Source of the DNA: an uncultured Candidatus Peribacteria bacterium
Lineage (GTDB): Bacteria > Patescibacteriota > Gracilibacteria > Peribacterales > Peribacteraceae
Assembly (NCBI GenBank): GCA_964517345.1
Contig: CAZFBZ010000001.1
Span: 7,767-47,493, forward strand
DNA length: 39,727 nucleotides
Reading direction: 5' to 3'
Below the pieces are notes generated by a model. It saw nothing but the letters and a program-made list of their open reading frames with translations. It was not told the origin of the DNA and searched no databases. Every line of letters starts with the position of its first letter. Positions within the stretch are counted from its first letter, which is position 1. The position numbers and the translations under genes were made by a program. Below are positions 12,545 to 23,620 of this stretch, piece by piece.

Positions 12545-13444
12545 ATGTGCCTCATGCGTCAGATGGTGCAACTGGGCCGTGATGACATTGAAGTGGAGCG
12601 CGAAGGGGATCCCGACGGCGAAAAAGTGCTTTTCACGCACGGTCTTCCGGGCACCGCCCTGGAGATCGCCATTGCCAGCGCACTGGCCCGCAGAGGCGGC
12701 TATGAGGTGCTCGGCATCAGCCGGCGGGGGTACGGCCATTCCCGCTACCGGCCGACGTCCCTGGTTGAAACGGCTCGAGAGACGCCAAAGATCCTGGAGA
12801 AAATCGGGGTGAAAGATCCCGTGCATGCCATTGGCGTGTCTGCGGGCGGTGTCTATACGGCGGCGCTCGCACATGAGTGCCCCGATGCCCTCAGGTCGGT
12901 CACGCTGGTGAGCGCGCTGGCGCCTCCGGATCAGCCGGGCGTGATGGACCGGATGAACTGGAGTCACTATGCGATCCTCGGGCTCGCACGCAAGCTTCCC
13001 GCCTGTTTCCTCTCGCCCATTCTCTACTTCATGCGTCATCGGGCACTCAAGAACCCCGATGCACTGCTCCACCAGGTGAGGGACGAAGCGCCTCCGGGCG
13101 ATCAGGAGGTTCTGCGTGTCCCTGCCAACCACGAAGTATTGCGCCAGTCACTCATCCACGCGCTGCGCTGCGGATACAAAGGTCTGATGCAGGATATTCT
13201 CAATCTTGCGGGGCCATGGGGGTTCGATCCCAAAGACATCAAGCCGCATGTGGAGGTCTGGCACGGTACCGATGATCTGATTGTTCCCAAGGAGAGCGGC
13301 GTGTACTACGGCAGTTCACTGAATTCCAAGAATCTGCATATGCTCGATGGCCGCGGGCATTTCATCGGCGCGGATGAGGCGGTTCTGGAGCAGATCCTCA
13401 CTACCGCACGGGACCGGTGCGCGGTTGGTACAACGGCTATTTAG
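12545..13444 (+). CDS. alpha/beta-fold hydrolase
   Basis: Nucleophile elbow GVSAGG. Candidate Asp in WHGTDDLIVP and candidate His in GRGHF. The start is ambiguous (ATG at 12545, 12554 or 12563). A TACGAT box at 12541-12546 favours 12554. Confidence 0.8.
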   Translation: MCLMRQMVQLGRDDIEVEREGDPDGEKVLFTHGLPGTALEIAIASALARRGGYEVLGISRRGYGHSRYRPTSLVETARETPKILEKIGVKDPVHAIGVSAGGVYTAALAHECPDALRSVTLVSALAPPDQPGVMDRMNWSHYAILGLARKLPACFLSPILYFMRHRALKNPDALLHQVRDEAPPGDQEVLRVPANHEVLRQSLIHALRCGYKGLMQDILNLAGPWGFDPKDIKPHVEVWHGTDDLIVPKESGVYYGSSLNSKNLHMLDGRGHFIGADEAVLEQILTTARDRCAVGTTAI

Positions 13445-13516
13445 AATACAATTTTTGTTCATAATTTGCCTCTTCAATTAGCTCTCCATGAGTATTTTTC
13501 CTAAAATTATCCGGTC

Positions 13517-14032
13517 ATGATCGATCAGCAGTTAGCCGATGTCACGCGCCTCCTCTCGTCTGCCGATGCGCCCGAGAGCCCTGGGGGTGCCGAAACCGCC
13601 CGTCAATTGCGCTATGCGGACTCCCCGGTGCGTTTTGCGCTCGAAGTGATCCGCGGCGATCTCGATGTTCTCCTGCTGCATCCGCACAACAATGTGCGCA
13701 AGCGCTTTCCCCCGCGTGCCGGTCTTACGACTGCAGAGCTCGTCGGACACAGTCTTCGACGCGAGGCGAGCCTGGCGCGCGCCGAGGAAACCGGCGGGCA
13801 GGAGATGACCGCAGAGGATCTCGCCTGTGTCATGGCGGCGATCCGCATGCCCCTGGAAGCGCTCTGTGCGACGCCCGAACGTCTCCGCTACGTCCGGTCG
13901 CAATTGCCCCGTATCCGGGAATTCGGCGAGGGGCCGGTGCGGGTCCTGACTCCGGCAGACTTCGACGCTGTACAGCTCCAGTGGCTCGAAACCCACATCC
14001 AGCTGAGCCGCATGCTGGCATCCCTGCTGTAA
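13517..14032 (+). CDS. hypothetical protein, paralog 1 of a tandem pair
   Basis: 171 aa. It is preceded by the most AT-rich intergenic stretch I noticed in the window, with a TAAAAT box at 13502-13507. The C-terminal 70 aa align with the next ORF (ERLRYVRSQLPRIREFGEG..QLQWLE). Confidence 0.6.
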   Translation: MIDQQLADVTRLLSSADAPESPGGAETARQLRYADSPVRFALEVIRGDLDVLLLHPHNNVRKRFPPRAGLTTAELVGHSLRREASLARAEETGGQEMTAEDLACVMAAIRMPLEALCATPERLRYVRSQLPRIREFGEGPVRVLTPADFDAVQLQWLETHIQLSRMLASLL

Positions 14033-14076
14033 CGATTGACGCTTTAGTGCCGGTGGGTCACGCTGTGCCGCCGTTT

Positions 14077-14730
14077 ATGGACGACCTGGAACTCTACACA
14101 ATTATCGGCCTGATGGATGGACGCGAGGACGGGCACAACCCGCTTGCGGCTAACGTGATCAGCGATCTGGACTGTCCGTGGACGGTTGCCGCGCAATTGC
14201 TGCTCAGTATTCGTGAGCAGACACATCAGATTCTTCATGACACCCCGCCCCATATTCTCGCGGCGCTTTCCAGGCGTCCCCTGGACGGCGAGAAGTTGCA
14301 GCGCCGCCTGTTCCTCCTTCTGCGGCAGGTCACTATGGATATGCGCGTGGCTCTAGCCCTGCAGCAGGAGGACGGCGATATTCCTGACCGCCCCCTGACG
14401 CGCGAGCAGCTGTTCTGCCTGTTTGCCGCCGTGGAGACACCTGATGAAGCTCTGCGTTCGCCCGCCGAACGCGAGCGCTACGTCCGAGGCCAATTGCCCC
14501 GGATCCGTGAGCAGGGGAACGGCAGGGCGAGTATCACCGGGGTGCGGGAATATTTTTTGACAGTGCAGCAGTGGCTGGAAGCCTACGTCATTGCCGTTGC
14601 GAGGATTCTCAATGAGGATGGCGATGAGGGAGGAGACTACGGCGCTGACACCGAAAACGACCCTGCCCCGGACGAGGGCGATTGGGTCGATTCGGACGGC
14701 GATGATGAACGGTGGAAGACCGGCGCGTAA
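14077..14730 (+). CDS. hypothetical protein, paralog 2 of a tandem pair, with acidic C-terminal tail
   Basis: ORF 13981..14730 trimmed to the ATG at 14077 (a GTG at 14047 is also possible). Shares ERERYVRGQLPRIREQGNG..VQQWLE with the preceding ORF. The tail reads NEDGDEGGDYGADTENDPAPDEGDWVDSDGDDERW. Confidence 0.6.
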   Translation: MDDLELYTIIGLMDGREDGHNPLAANVISDLDCPWTVAAQLLLSIREQTHQILHDTPPHILAALSRRPLDGEKLQRRLFLLLRQVTMDMRVALALQQEDGDIPDRPLTREQLFCLFAAVETPDEALRSPAERERYVRGQLPRIREQGNGRASITGVREYFLTVQQWLEAYVIAVARILNEDGDEGGDYGADTENDPAPDEGDWVDSDGDDERWKTGA

Positions 14731-14734
14731 GCGC

Positions 14735-17431
14735 TCAGTCGGTGTTGCCGAGCCAGCCCTTGCGGACGAACCATTTGCCGATTTCCAGGACCGGGATGAT
14801 GGTGATTGCGACGGGCAGGATGACCAGCCAGTCTTCGGACGTGAGGGCGAAGGTATTGAACGGTTCGTGCAGCACGGGCACGTAGACGACAAGCAGCAGG
14901 AGGAGCAGTTCCCAGATCATCGCGATGTTCAGCCACTTGTTGCGGAACATACCGCGGATGATCGAGTGACGGTCCGAGCGGAAGCCGTAGGCCTTGAAGA
15001 ATTCGACGAGCACGAGACAGACGAATGTCATCGTCATGGCTTCATCCGCGCCGCGGCCGGAGTGCGTGCCGAACCAGAAGACGCCGAGGTTGATGATCGT
15101 CGACCAGATGCCGCCGATGAGCATCAGCAGGATCACGGCGCGTGAGAAGATACCGTGCTTGGGATCGCGCGGCGGGCGCTTCATCAGGTCCGATTCCGGG
15201 GGGTCCACGGCAAGCGCAAGTGCGGGCAGGCCGTCCGTGGCGAGGTTGACGTAGAGGATCTGTACGGCGGAGAGAGGCAGGGGCCAGCCGAGGATCGTGG
15301 CGCCGGTCATGATGCCGATTTCGCCGATGTTGGCCGACAGCAGGTACATCAGGTACTTCTTGATGTTGCCGAAGATGCCGCGGCCTTCCTCCACCGCCGC
15401 GACGATCGAGGCGAAGTTGTCGTCCGTGAGCGTCATGGCTGCCGCTTCCTTGGTGACATCCGTTCCCGTGATGCCCATGGCCACGCCGATGTCGGCTTTC
15501 TTGAGGGCCGGGGCATCGTTCACACCGTCTCCGGTCATCGCCACGATGTCACCCTGCTTCTGAAGCGCGGTCACGACGCGCAGCTTGTGCGCCGGCGAGA
15601 CACGTGCGTATACCGCGATCTTGTTCACTTCGGTCTCGAAGGTCTTGTCGTCCATGGCTTCCAGCTCCTGTCCGGTCACGACTTTCTCGGTGGTGAGCAG
15701 GCCCAGTTCACGCGCGATGGCTTCGGCCGTCACCGGGTGATCGCCCGTGATCATGATGGCGCGGATGCCGGCTTCGCGGCACTTGGCGATCGCGGCTTTG
15801 GCTTCGGGACGGGGCGGATCGATCATGCCGACGAGGCCGATGAACTTCATGCCTTTCTCCGCTTCACCGATGCCCACGCCGCCCTTGCGTGCGATGGCGA
15901 TGACGCGCATCGCTTTCTGCGCCATGGCTTTCGCGGCATCGAGGATGGCCTTCCGGCCCGCGTCGGTCATCACCTCTTCGCTCGTCTCGCCCCAGGCGCG
16001 GGTGCAGGATTGCAGGATCACCTCTGGCGCGCCCTTGGCGTAGGCCATCTGGCCGCCATTGCCATCATGCAGCGTCGTCATGCGCTTGGTCTCGGACGTG
16101 AACGGGACTTCGTCCTTGCGCGGGAATTCCTTATCCAGTGCGTCCTTGAAGAGTCCTGCCTTCTGCGCGGCCACAACGATGCCACCCTCGGTGGGATCGC
16201 CCTGGATGTCGTATCCGTGCTCCTCTTTGATCAACTTGGCGTCGGAGGCCAGCGTGCCGCCTCGCAGGAGCTCCAGTACAGACTCCGACGGCTTGACCGT
16301 CTTGCCGTTCTGCGAGAATTCGCCGGCGGGATCGTAGCCGCTGCCGGACACTTCGATCATCTGTCCCGCCACGTAGACGGCCCGGACGGTCATTTCGTCT
16401 TTGGTCAGCGTGCCGGTCTTGTCGGAGCAGATGACGGTCGTGCTGCCGAGCGTTTCCACCGCAGGCAGGCGGCGGATGAGGGCATGGCGTTTGACCATCC
16501 GCTGCACGCCGATGGCGAGCGAGATGGTGACGACGGCGGGGAGCGCCTCGGGTACGACGGCAACTGCGAGCGCGATGCCGAAGATGAAGATCTCCAGAAG
16601 CGGTTCGCCGCGATAGAAGCCCAGCGCGCTGATGAGAATCACGATCACGAGCGCGGCCTTGGCGAGCGTCTTGCCGACTTTGTCCAGGTTTTTCTGCAGC
16701 GGGGTGTCCTCGCTCTCCACGGTCTGCAGCATGCCCGCGATCTGGCCGAATTCCGTCTGCATGCCGGTCGTCACGACCACGGCGCGTCCGCGCCCGTAGG
16801 TCACGATCGTGCCGGAGTGGACAATGTTCTTGTGGTCGCCGACGCCGAGCTTGGGGTCGGGGAGGGGATCGGCGTGCTTCTCGACCGGGAGGGACTCTCC
16901 CGTGAGAGACGCCTCATCGGATTTGAGCGTATGGACTTCTATCAGGCGCGCGTCGGCGGCGATCTTGTCTCCCGCGTTGAGCAGCAGGATATCGCCGGGC
17001 ACCACGTCGTTGGCCGGAATCTTCATCTCCTTTCCGTCGCGCAGCACGGTTGCCGTCGGAGCGGCCATTTCGCGCAGCGCTTCCATCGCGCGTTCGGCAC
17101 GGAACTCCTGCACGAACCCGAGGACGACGGCGAACATCACGATCACGCCGATGGCGATGGCCTCCACTTCGTGTCCGAGAAATGCGGAGAGACCCACGGC
17201 GATCAGCAGGATGATGACGAGGATATTCTTGAACTGCTCCGCCAGCAGCTCCCAGGCAGAGACTTTGTGTCCCGCAGTGAGCTGGTTCGGGCCGTACTCG
17301 GTGAGTCGGGCGGCCGCGTCGGCGGCTGTGAGGCCGGTGTCAGGCGACGTTTTCAGCCGTGTAATGGTGTCGGCGGCGGACAGCGTGTGCCACGCGACGG
17401 ATTTCTGGGGTGTGGAGGGGGTGTTTTGCAT
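14735..17431 (-). CDS. cation-transporting P-type ATPase, P2 (Ca2+-ATPase-like)
   Basis: 898 aa. Cation_ATPase_N-type N-terminus, phosphorylation site CSDKTGTLT, hinge [24 protein letters not shown]4 [14 protein letters not shown] and TM6 [13 protein letters not shown] resemble SERCA-type ion sites. Confidence 0.93.
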   Translation of the reverse strand: MQNTPSTPQKSVAWHTLSAADTITRLKTSPDTGLTAADAAARLTEYGPNQLTAGHKVSAWELLAEQFKNILVIILLIAVGLSAFLGHEVEAIAIGVIVMFAVVLGFVQEFRAERAMEALREMAAPTATVLRDGKEMKIPANDVVPGDILLLNAGDKIAADARLIEVHTLKSDEASLTGESLPVEKHADPLPDPKLGVGDHKNIVHSGTIVTYGRGRAVVVTTGMQTEFGQIAGMLQTVESEDTPLQKNLDKVGKTLAKAALVIVILISALGFYRGEPLLEIFIFGIALAVAVVPEALPAVVTISLAIGVQRMVKRHALIRRLPAVETLGSTTVICSDKTGTLTKDEMTVRAVYVAGQMIEVSGSGYDPAGEFSQNGKTVKPSESVLELLRGGTLASDAKLIKEEHGYDIQGDPTEGGIVVAAQKAGLFKDALDKEFPRKDEVPFTSETKRMTTLHDGNGGQMAYAKGAPEVILQSCTRAWGETSEEVMTDAGRKAILDAAKAMAQKAMRVIAIARKGGVGIGEAEKGMKFIGLVGMIDPPRPEAKAAIAKCREAGIRAIMITGDHPVTAEAIARELGLLTTEKVVTGQELEAMDDKTFETEVNKIAVYARVSPAHKLRVVTALQKQGDIVAMTGDGVNDAPALKKADIGVAMGITGTDVTKEAAAMTLTDDNFASIVAAVEEGRGIFGNIKKYLMYLLSANIGEIGIMTGATILGWPLPLSAVQILYVNLATDGLPALALAVDPPESDLMKRPPRDPKHGIFSRAVILLMLIGGIWSTIINLGVFWFGTHSGRGADEAMTMTFVCLVLVEFFKAYGFRSDRHSIIRGMFRNKWLNIAMIWELLLLLLVVYVPVLHEPFNTFALTSEDWLVILPVAITIIPVLEIGKWFVRKGWLGNTD

Positions 17432-17464
17432 GGCGAGATGCTACCCGAACCTGGGGTTTTGTAA

Positions 17465-17470
17465 TAGAAT
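17465..17470 (+). promoter_or_regulatory. -10 box TAGAAT, 7 nt upstream of the ATG at 17477
   Basis: Read directly. The divergent P-type ATPase has TAGCAT (minus strand, 17443-17438) 7 nt before its own ATG at 17431. Confidence 0.4.
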
Positions 17471-17476
17471 TTGGCC

Positions 17477-17872
17477 ATGGCACTTGCCGAAACACCGCAG
17501 GGCAACTCCGAGCAGCCGAAGCGCCACGCGCTAATGGCGCTGTGGGATGGCATCCGTTACTACGCCGCAGCAGCACTCAGTTTGCTGAAGGAGGATCCGG
17601 AAAAACGCAAATTGATTGAAGACACGCTGACACCTGCTTTCGTGGAGCGCTTCGCCGAAGAATACCGGCGCATGGTTGCCGAAAGCCGCGAAGATCCCGG
17701 ATCGCTCATTCGCGCCTTCAAAGTGCAGGGCTGGGGCCACGAAGAAGACATGTACACTATTGTCTTCAGCGAACTCGTCCCGCGGGCACTCAAAGATCTC
17801 CCGCAGCCGTACTACGCCGAAGTGGCCGAGCGCCTGAGAAGCGCGTGCGGACTGCGTACTGGTGGCTGGTGA
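17477..17872 (+). CDS. hypothetical protein
   Basis: ORF 17471..17872, taking the first ATG at 17477. The sequence (..ALWDGIRYYAAAALSLLKEDPEKRKLIEDTLTPAFVERFAEEYRRMVAESRED..) looks helical and globular, and I recognise no family. Confidence 0.5.
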   Translation: MALAETPQGNSEQPKRHALMALWDGIRYYAAAALSLLKEDPEKRKLIEDTLTPAFVERFAEEYRRMVAESREDPGSLIRAFKVQGWGHEEDMYTIVFSELVPRALKDLPQPYYAEVAERLRSACGLRTGGW

Positions 17873-17917
17873 GCGGTCACGACAAAAGAGACATCCATCC
17901 TCCACATCCGGACCACA

Positions 17918-18133
17918 TCACATGTTCGAGTAGAACTGCTTCTTGCGGTTCTCGCGGCGGTAGGCCTCGCGCTTGAGGGCGCGGATGCGCTGCAGGCGGC
18001 GCGTGAGCGGACGCTTGTGCGTGGACCGCTCGCGGAGGAGCTTGAGGATGCCGGACTTCTGCACCTGCTTCTTGAAGCGCTGCTGCAGACGGTCGCTGGA
18101 CTCCTCGCCTTTCTTGATTGCGTAGATCGCCAT
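17918..18133 (-). CDS. rpsU: 30S ribosomal protein S21
   Basis: 71 aa and highly basic. MAIYAIKKGEESSDRLQQRFKKQVQKSGILKLLRERSTHKRPLTRRLQR.. matches the S21 pattern. Confidence 0.85.
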   Translation of the reverse strand: MAIYAIKKGEESSDRLQQRFKKQVQKSGILKLLRERSTHKRPLTRRLQRIRALKREAYRRENRKKQFYSNM

Positions 18134-18273
18134 AGGGCCGACCGAGATTACTTAATGCCTGAGGCGCGCGCAAGCCGAAATCCGCTCTCTGCGTCGCAGG
18201 ATGTCATCGGCTGCACTGTAGACCGATCAGTCCGGCGCTTCCTGATGATCAATACTTGTATTCAGATTTTTTC

Positions 18274-18918
18274 TTATCCAGCAGGCTTTTTTCCGCAGTC
18301 CTTCCCGTATGATTGATTCTTGCTGACGCGGTCGAGCATCACGGCCATCTCGGCCCGGTTCACCGGATCATTGGGGCGCACCGCGCCGGTTGTAGCGTCT
18401 CCGGCGAGAATGCAGCGATCCGCGGCCGCCTGCACGCCGTAGGAGTACCAGCTGCCTGGAACCGTATCGATGAACGGGGGAGCGGCGTCGGTTTTCTCCA
18501 GTACGAAGATGCGGGTGATGAGCACGGCGGCTTCCGCGCGGCTGATGCGGTCGTCGGGACGTGCAAGGCACGGATGCTCGCCGTAGCAGTTGCCGTCGCC
18601 GCGCACCCAGCCCTGGCGGGCCGCCTCCTCTATTGTCGCGTAATGCCAGTCGTCAGGGGCACTGTCGTCGAAGCTCTGGAGCAGGGGCGGCTGCTGCGGG
18701 GATGTCCCGCTCACGGCCAACGTGAGCTTCAAGAACTCTGCGCGCGTTGCCGGGCTCCCGGGACGGAAGGTTTTTTGCGAGGCATCGAGTGCGCCTTTTG
18801 TCTGCAGCGAGGCGAGTGCCGGCGCGTACCAGGCGTCGCCGGGCACGTCCGCATACCCCGCAGCGAAACCGAGGGAGGGGAGCAGGAGAAGCGAGAGTGC
18901 GACTGATCGCTTACGCAT
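18274..18918 (-). CDS. secreted protein with three S-layer homology (SLH) domains
   Basis: ORF 18274..18954 trimmed to the ATG at 18918, giving signal peptide MRKRSVALSLLLLPSLGFAAG. Three SLH repeats: YADVPGDAWYAP..ATRAEFLKL, FDDSAPDDWHYAT..ISRAEAAVLI, FIDTVPGSWYSYG..VNRAEMAVML. Confidence 0.8.
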   Translation of the reverse strand: MRKRSVALSLLLLPSLGFAAGYADVPGDAWYAPALASLQTKGALDASQKTFRPGSPATRAEFLKLTLAVSGTSPQQPPLLQSFDDSAPDDWHYATIEEAARQGWVRGDGNCYGEHPCLARPDDRISRAEAAVLITRIFVLEKTDAAPPFIDTVPGSWYSYGVQAAADRCILAGDATTGAVRPNDPVNRAEMAVMLDRVSKNQSYGKDCGKKPAG

Positions 18919-18972
18919 GGAAATGACCGTACCAGCGCGTGACGGGCGGGGCAAAGTACAGTCTGCTTAACG

Positions 18973-18990
18973 ATTTTTTGATCAAAAAAT
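18973..18990. repeat. perfect 18-bp AT-rich palindrome ATTTTTTGATCAAAAAAT in the SLH/gyrB divergent intergenic region
   Basis: Read directly. It is its own reverse complement and is centred on GATC. Confidence 0.9.
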
Positions 18991-19001
18991 GTGTACGATA
19001 A

Positions 19002-21101
<2,100 letters not shown>

Positions 21102-21129
21102 TCCTCAGACGGTTCGGTGAGCCCTGCTT

Positions 21130-22245
21130 TCAAGCTTTCTCTTTGAGCTTTTCGTAGAGGGCGAGGGCTTCGCCGACGGCTTTGTCCATGTTGATGTAGC
21201 GGTAGGTCCCGAGGCGTCCGGCGAACGACACGTTCGGCAGCTTGGCGGCTTCATCCGTGTACTTTTTAAGCAGCTCGCGGTTCTTTGTGTTCGGCACGGG
21301 GTAGCTGGCCTCGCCCTCCCACGACGGGAACTCGCGGCAGATGACCGTGTGCTCGCCGTCCTCGCGCATGTAGAACTTCTTGAACTCCGTGATTCGCGTG
21401 AATTTCACGTCATCTTCGGTGTAGTTCACGACGGCGTTCGGCTGATAGCTGGGCATCTTGAGCGTTTCTAGATCGAAGTGCATGCAGCGGTATTCCAGCT
21501 TCCCGAAGCGGTATTCAAAGAACTGGTCGATGCAGCCCGTGAAGATCAGATGCTTGTGTTCGGGCTTGTCTTTCATGGCGAAGAAATCCACGCCCATCTG
21601 CACCGTGATGTTCGGATGGTCGATCATCTTCTCGAAGATCGGCGTGAAGCCGTCGACCGGCATGCCCTGGAACTGGTCGTCGAAGTAATAGGGGACAGTG
21701 TTGTATCGGATCGGCAGGCGCTCCAGCACGGCCGCATCGAGTTCTTCCGGATACAAGTCCCACTGCTTCTTGGTGTAGTGCTTCACGAACGCGTCGTAGA
21801 GATCGACGCCGAACTTCGAGACGACCACATCGCGCGAGTTTTTGATCTCTCCGGTGTCCTCGCGGATTTTGGCCAGGAACGCCTTCAGCTCAGTTTCATC
21901 CTTGAGATTGCTGCCGTAGAACATATTCACCGTGTTCAGGTTGATGGGCACCGGGTAGTACTTGCCCTTGTAGTAGCTGATGACCTTGTGGCGGTAATCG
22001 TTGAATTTGGTGAAAGTGCAGAGGTAATCAAAGACCTTCTTGTCGTTCGTATGGAAGATATGCGGGCCGTATTTCTGCACGATGATGTCGTCAGGCCCCT
22101 TGTAGTCGAAGCAGTTGCCGCCGATCTGATCCTTCTGGTCGATGACCAGGATCTTCTTGCCGTCGCGCGCCAGATTGTCCGCCAGCGTCAATCCCGTGAT
22201 GCCTGCGCCGACAATCAAAAAATCATATGCACCGGGTTTTGTCAT
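21130..22245 (-). CDS. glf: UDP-galactopyranose mutase
   Basis: 371 aa. FAD fold YDFLIVGAGITGLTLA, plus GGNCFDY, GPHIFHT, YTKKQW and the C-terminal GRLGTYRYINMD, all typical of Glf. Confidence 0.92.
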   Translation of the reverse strand: MTKPGAYDFLIVGAGITGLTLADNLARDGKKILVIDQKDQIGGNCFDYKGPDDIIVQKYGPHIFHTNDKKVFDYLCTFTKFNDYRHKVISYYKGKYYPVPINLNTVNMFYGSNLKDETELKAFLAKIREDTGEIKNSRDVVVSKFGVDLYDAFVKHYTKKQWDLYPEELDAAVLERLPIRYNTVPYYFDDQFQGMPVDGFTPIFEKMIDHPNITVQMGVDFFAMKDKPEHKHLIFTGCIDQFFEYRFGKLEYRCMHFDLETLKMPSYQPNAVVNYTEDDVKFTRITEFKKFYMREDGEHTVICREFPSWEGEASYPVPNTKNRELLKKYTDEAAKLPNVSFAGRLGTYRYINMDKAVGEALALYEKLKEKA

Positions 22246-22327
22246 AGAGGGACTCTACACCGCCGCCCAAAAAGAGAGAAGGCCGCTGCGACCCGGTTTT
22301 TGCCTCTGGGAAGCCGTTTGGACCCCT

Positions 22328-23461
22328 TCAGGCGGCCGCTTTCGCTCGGGTCCGCTTCGGTGCCGCTGCGGCCTCTGTCTTCGCCGTTTGGATCAGCTTT
22401 TCGTACAATCTTTCGTGGCTCTCGCCCATCGCTGCCAGGCTGTAGTTTTTGACCACGGCGTCGCGGCTGGTCGGGCGCAGGTTCTCCAGGTCTTTTTTAT
22501 CCAGCGCCACCAGCGCCTGATAAATCTCCTCTTCGTCGCATTCCTTCAGCAGATAGCCCGTCTTCCCGGGGATGATGATCTCGGGCGTCCCGCCTTTGTT
22601 CGTTGCCATCACCGGGGTTCCGCATGAGAGCGACTCGACCGGCACAAGCGAGAACGCTTCGTCCCAGCGGGTCGGCAGCACGGTCAGGTCCGCTTGCGCG
22701 TAGTGCGAGGCGATCTCCTTCTGGCCCTTCACGAAGCCGACCCATTTGATGCATGCGTCCTCCTTGGTTGCGCGGATGAGCAAGGGTTTGAGGTGGCCCG
22801 ATCCGACGATGCTCAGCACTACCTTGCGCTTCTGAGCGACGCGCCGGACGGCCTTGATCAGCACATCGATGCCTTTCTCCGGCATGATTTGTCCGACGAA
22901 CAGAAGATTGAGCGTGTCATTCTCCTTGCGCGGCTCCGGGCAGAAGACGCTCTCGTCGATGCCGGCATATTCCAGAAACACCTTCGAAGCCGGCAGCTTG
23001 GTGCGCTTCTGCACCTGTTTGAGGATGAATTTGCTGATGCAGTTCACGCCTGCGATCTTATTCAGATGCAGCTTGAGCATGGTGAAATGGCAGTACCACA
23101 CTTTATCGAGCACGTTGTGGTGTGACCCGACCGCTACGTGGAGCGTGACGAGGACGGGAGCACCGATCTTCCGCACGTACCCGAAGAGGAAATCGAACGT
23201 GCCGCACGGCCAGTGGTAATGGATGATGTCCGGACGGAACTCGCGGATTTTTTTGAGCAGTTCCATGGGGTTGTGTACCAGCGGCGCCAGGCCAAGCACG
23301 GACGTGGACCGCGCCTGCACGAGGAACTCGACGGATTCTTTTTTCCACTGCGCTTCGGTGACCATCAGCACGTCATGCTTTCTGCTGAGCATGTGCTTGT
23401 ACAGATTCAGACAATAGGACGCGATGCCCCGCTGGCCGGATGTCAGGATCACGATTCTCAT
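22328..23461 (-). CDS. GT-B fold glycosyltransferase (GT4-like)
   Basis: ORF 22328..23503 trimmed to the ATG at 23461 (MRIVILTSG..). C-terminal half LLFVGQIMPEKGIDVL..VLPTRWDEAFSLVPVESLSCGTPVMATNKGGTPEII shows the EX7E-type motif. Confidence 0.85.
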   Translation of the reverse strand: MRIVILTSGQRGIASYCLNLYKHMLSRKHDVLMVTEAQWKKESVEFLVQARSTSVLGLAPLVHNPMELLKKIREFRPDIIHYHWPCGTFDFLFGYVRKIGAPVLVTLHVAVGSHHNVLDKVWYCHFTMLKLHLNKIAGVNCISKFILKQVQKRTKLPASKVFLEYAGIDESVFCPEPRKENDTLNLLFVGQIMPEKGIDVLIKAVRRVAQKRKVVLSIVGSGHLKPLLIRATKEDACIKWVGFVKGQKEIASHYAQADLTVLPTRWDEAFSLVPVESLSCGTPVMATNKGGTPEIIIPGKTGYLLKECDEEEIYQALVALDKKDLENLRPTSRDAVVKNYSLAAMGESHERLYEKLIQTAKTEAAAAPKRTRAKAAA

Positions 23462-23534
23462 GTGGATGGCGGTAGGGGGACTCGACGAGTTTCGCCAATG
23501 CAAGCGACGACGCTCACAGAGGCGCTCTACGGCG

Positions 23535-23564
23535 AATGTAGCAAGGCGCCCCGCACGCGGTCAA
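23535..23564 (-). promoter_or_regulatory. candidate internal promoter TTGACC-N18-(TGc)TACATT upstream of the GT4 gene
   Basis: The minus strand reads ttgacc gcgtgcggggcgccttgc tacatt. It would give a leader of about 70 nt to the ATG at 23461. Confidence 0.4.
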
Positions 23565-23620
23565 CAGACCCCATGATCGTGGCTTTATGAAGCCATTTTT
23601 GGTGTCCGTAAAACCGGTGG

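Noticed and set aside
23580-23600. Hairpin TGGCTT-tatg-AAGCCA plus T5 as the terminator of the UbiA::GT2 gene.
   Set aside because: The T-run follows the hairpin only on the + strand, whereas the flanking genes are on the minus strand, where an A-run precedes it. At best it blocks antisense transcription, so it is not called as the operon terminator.
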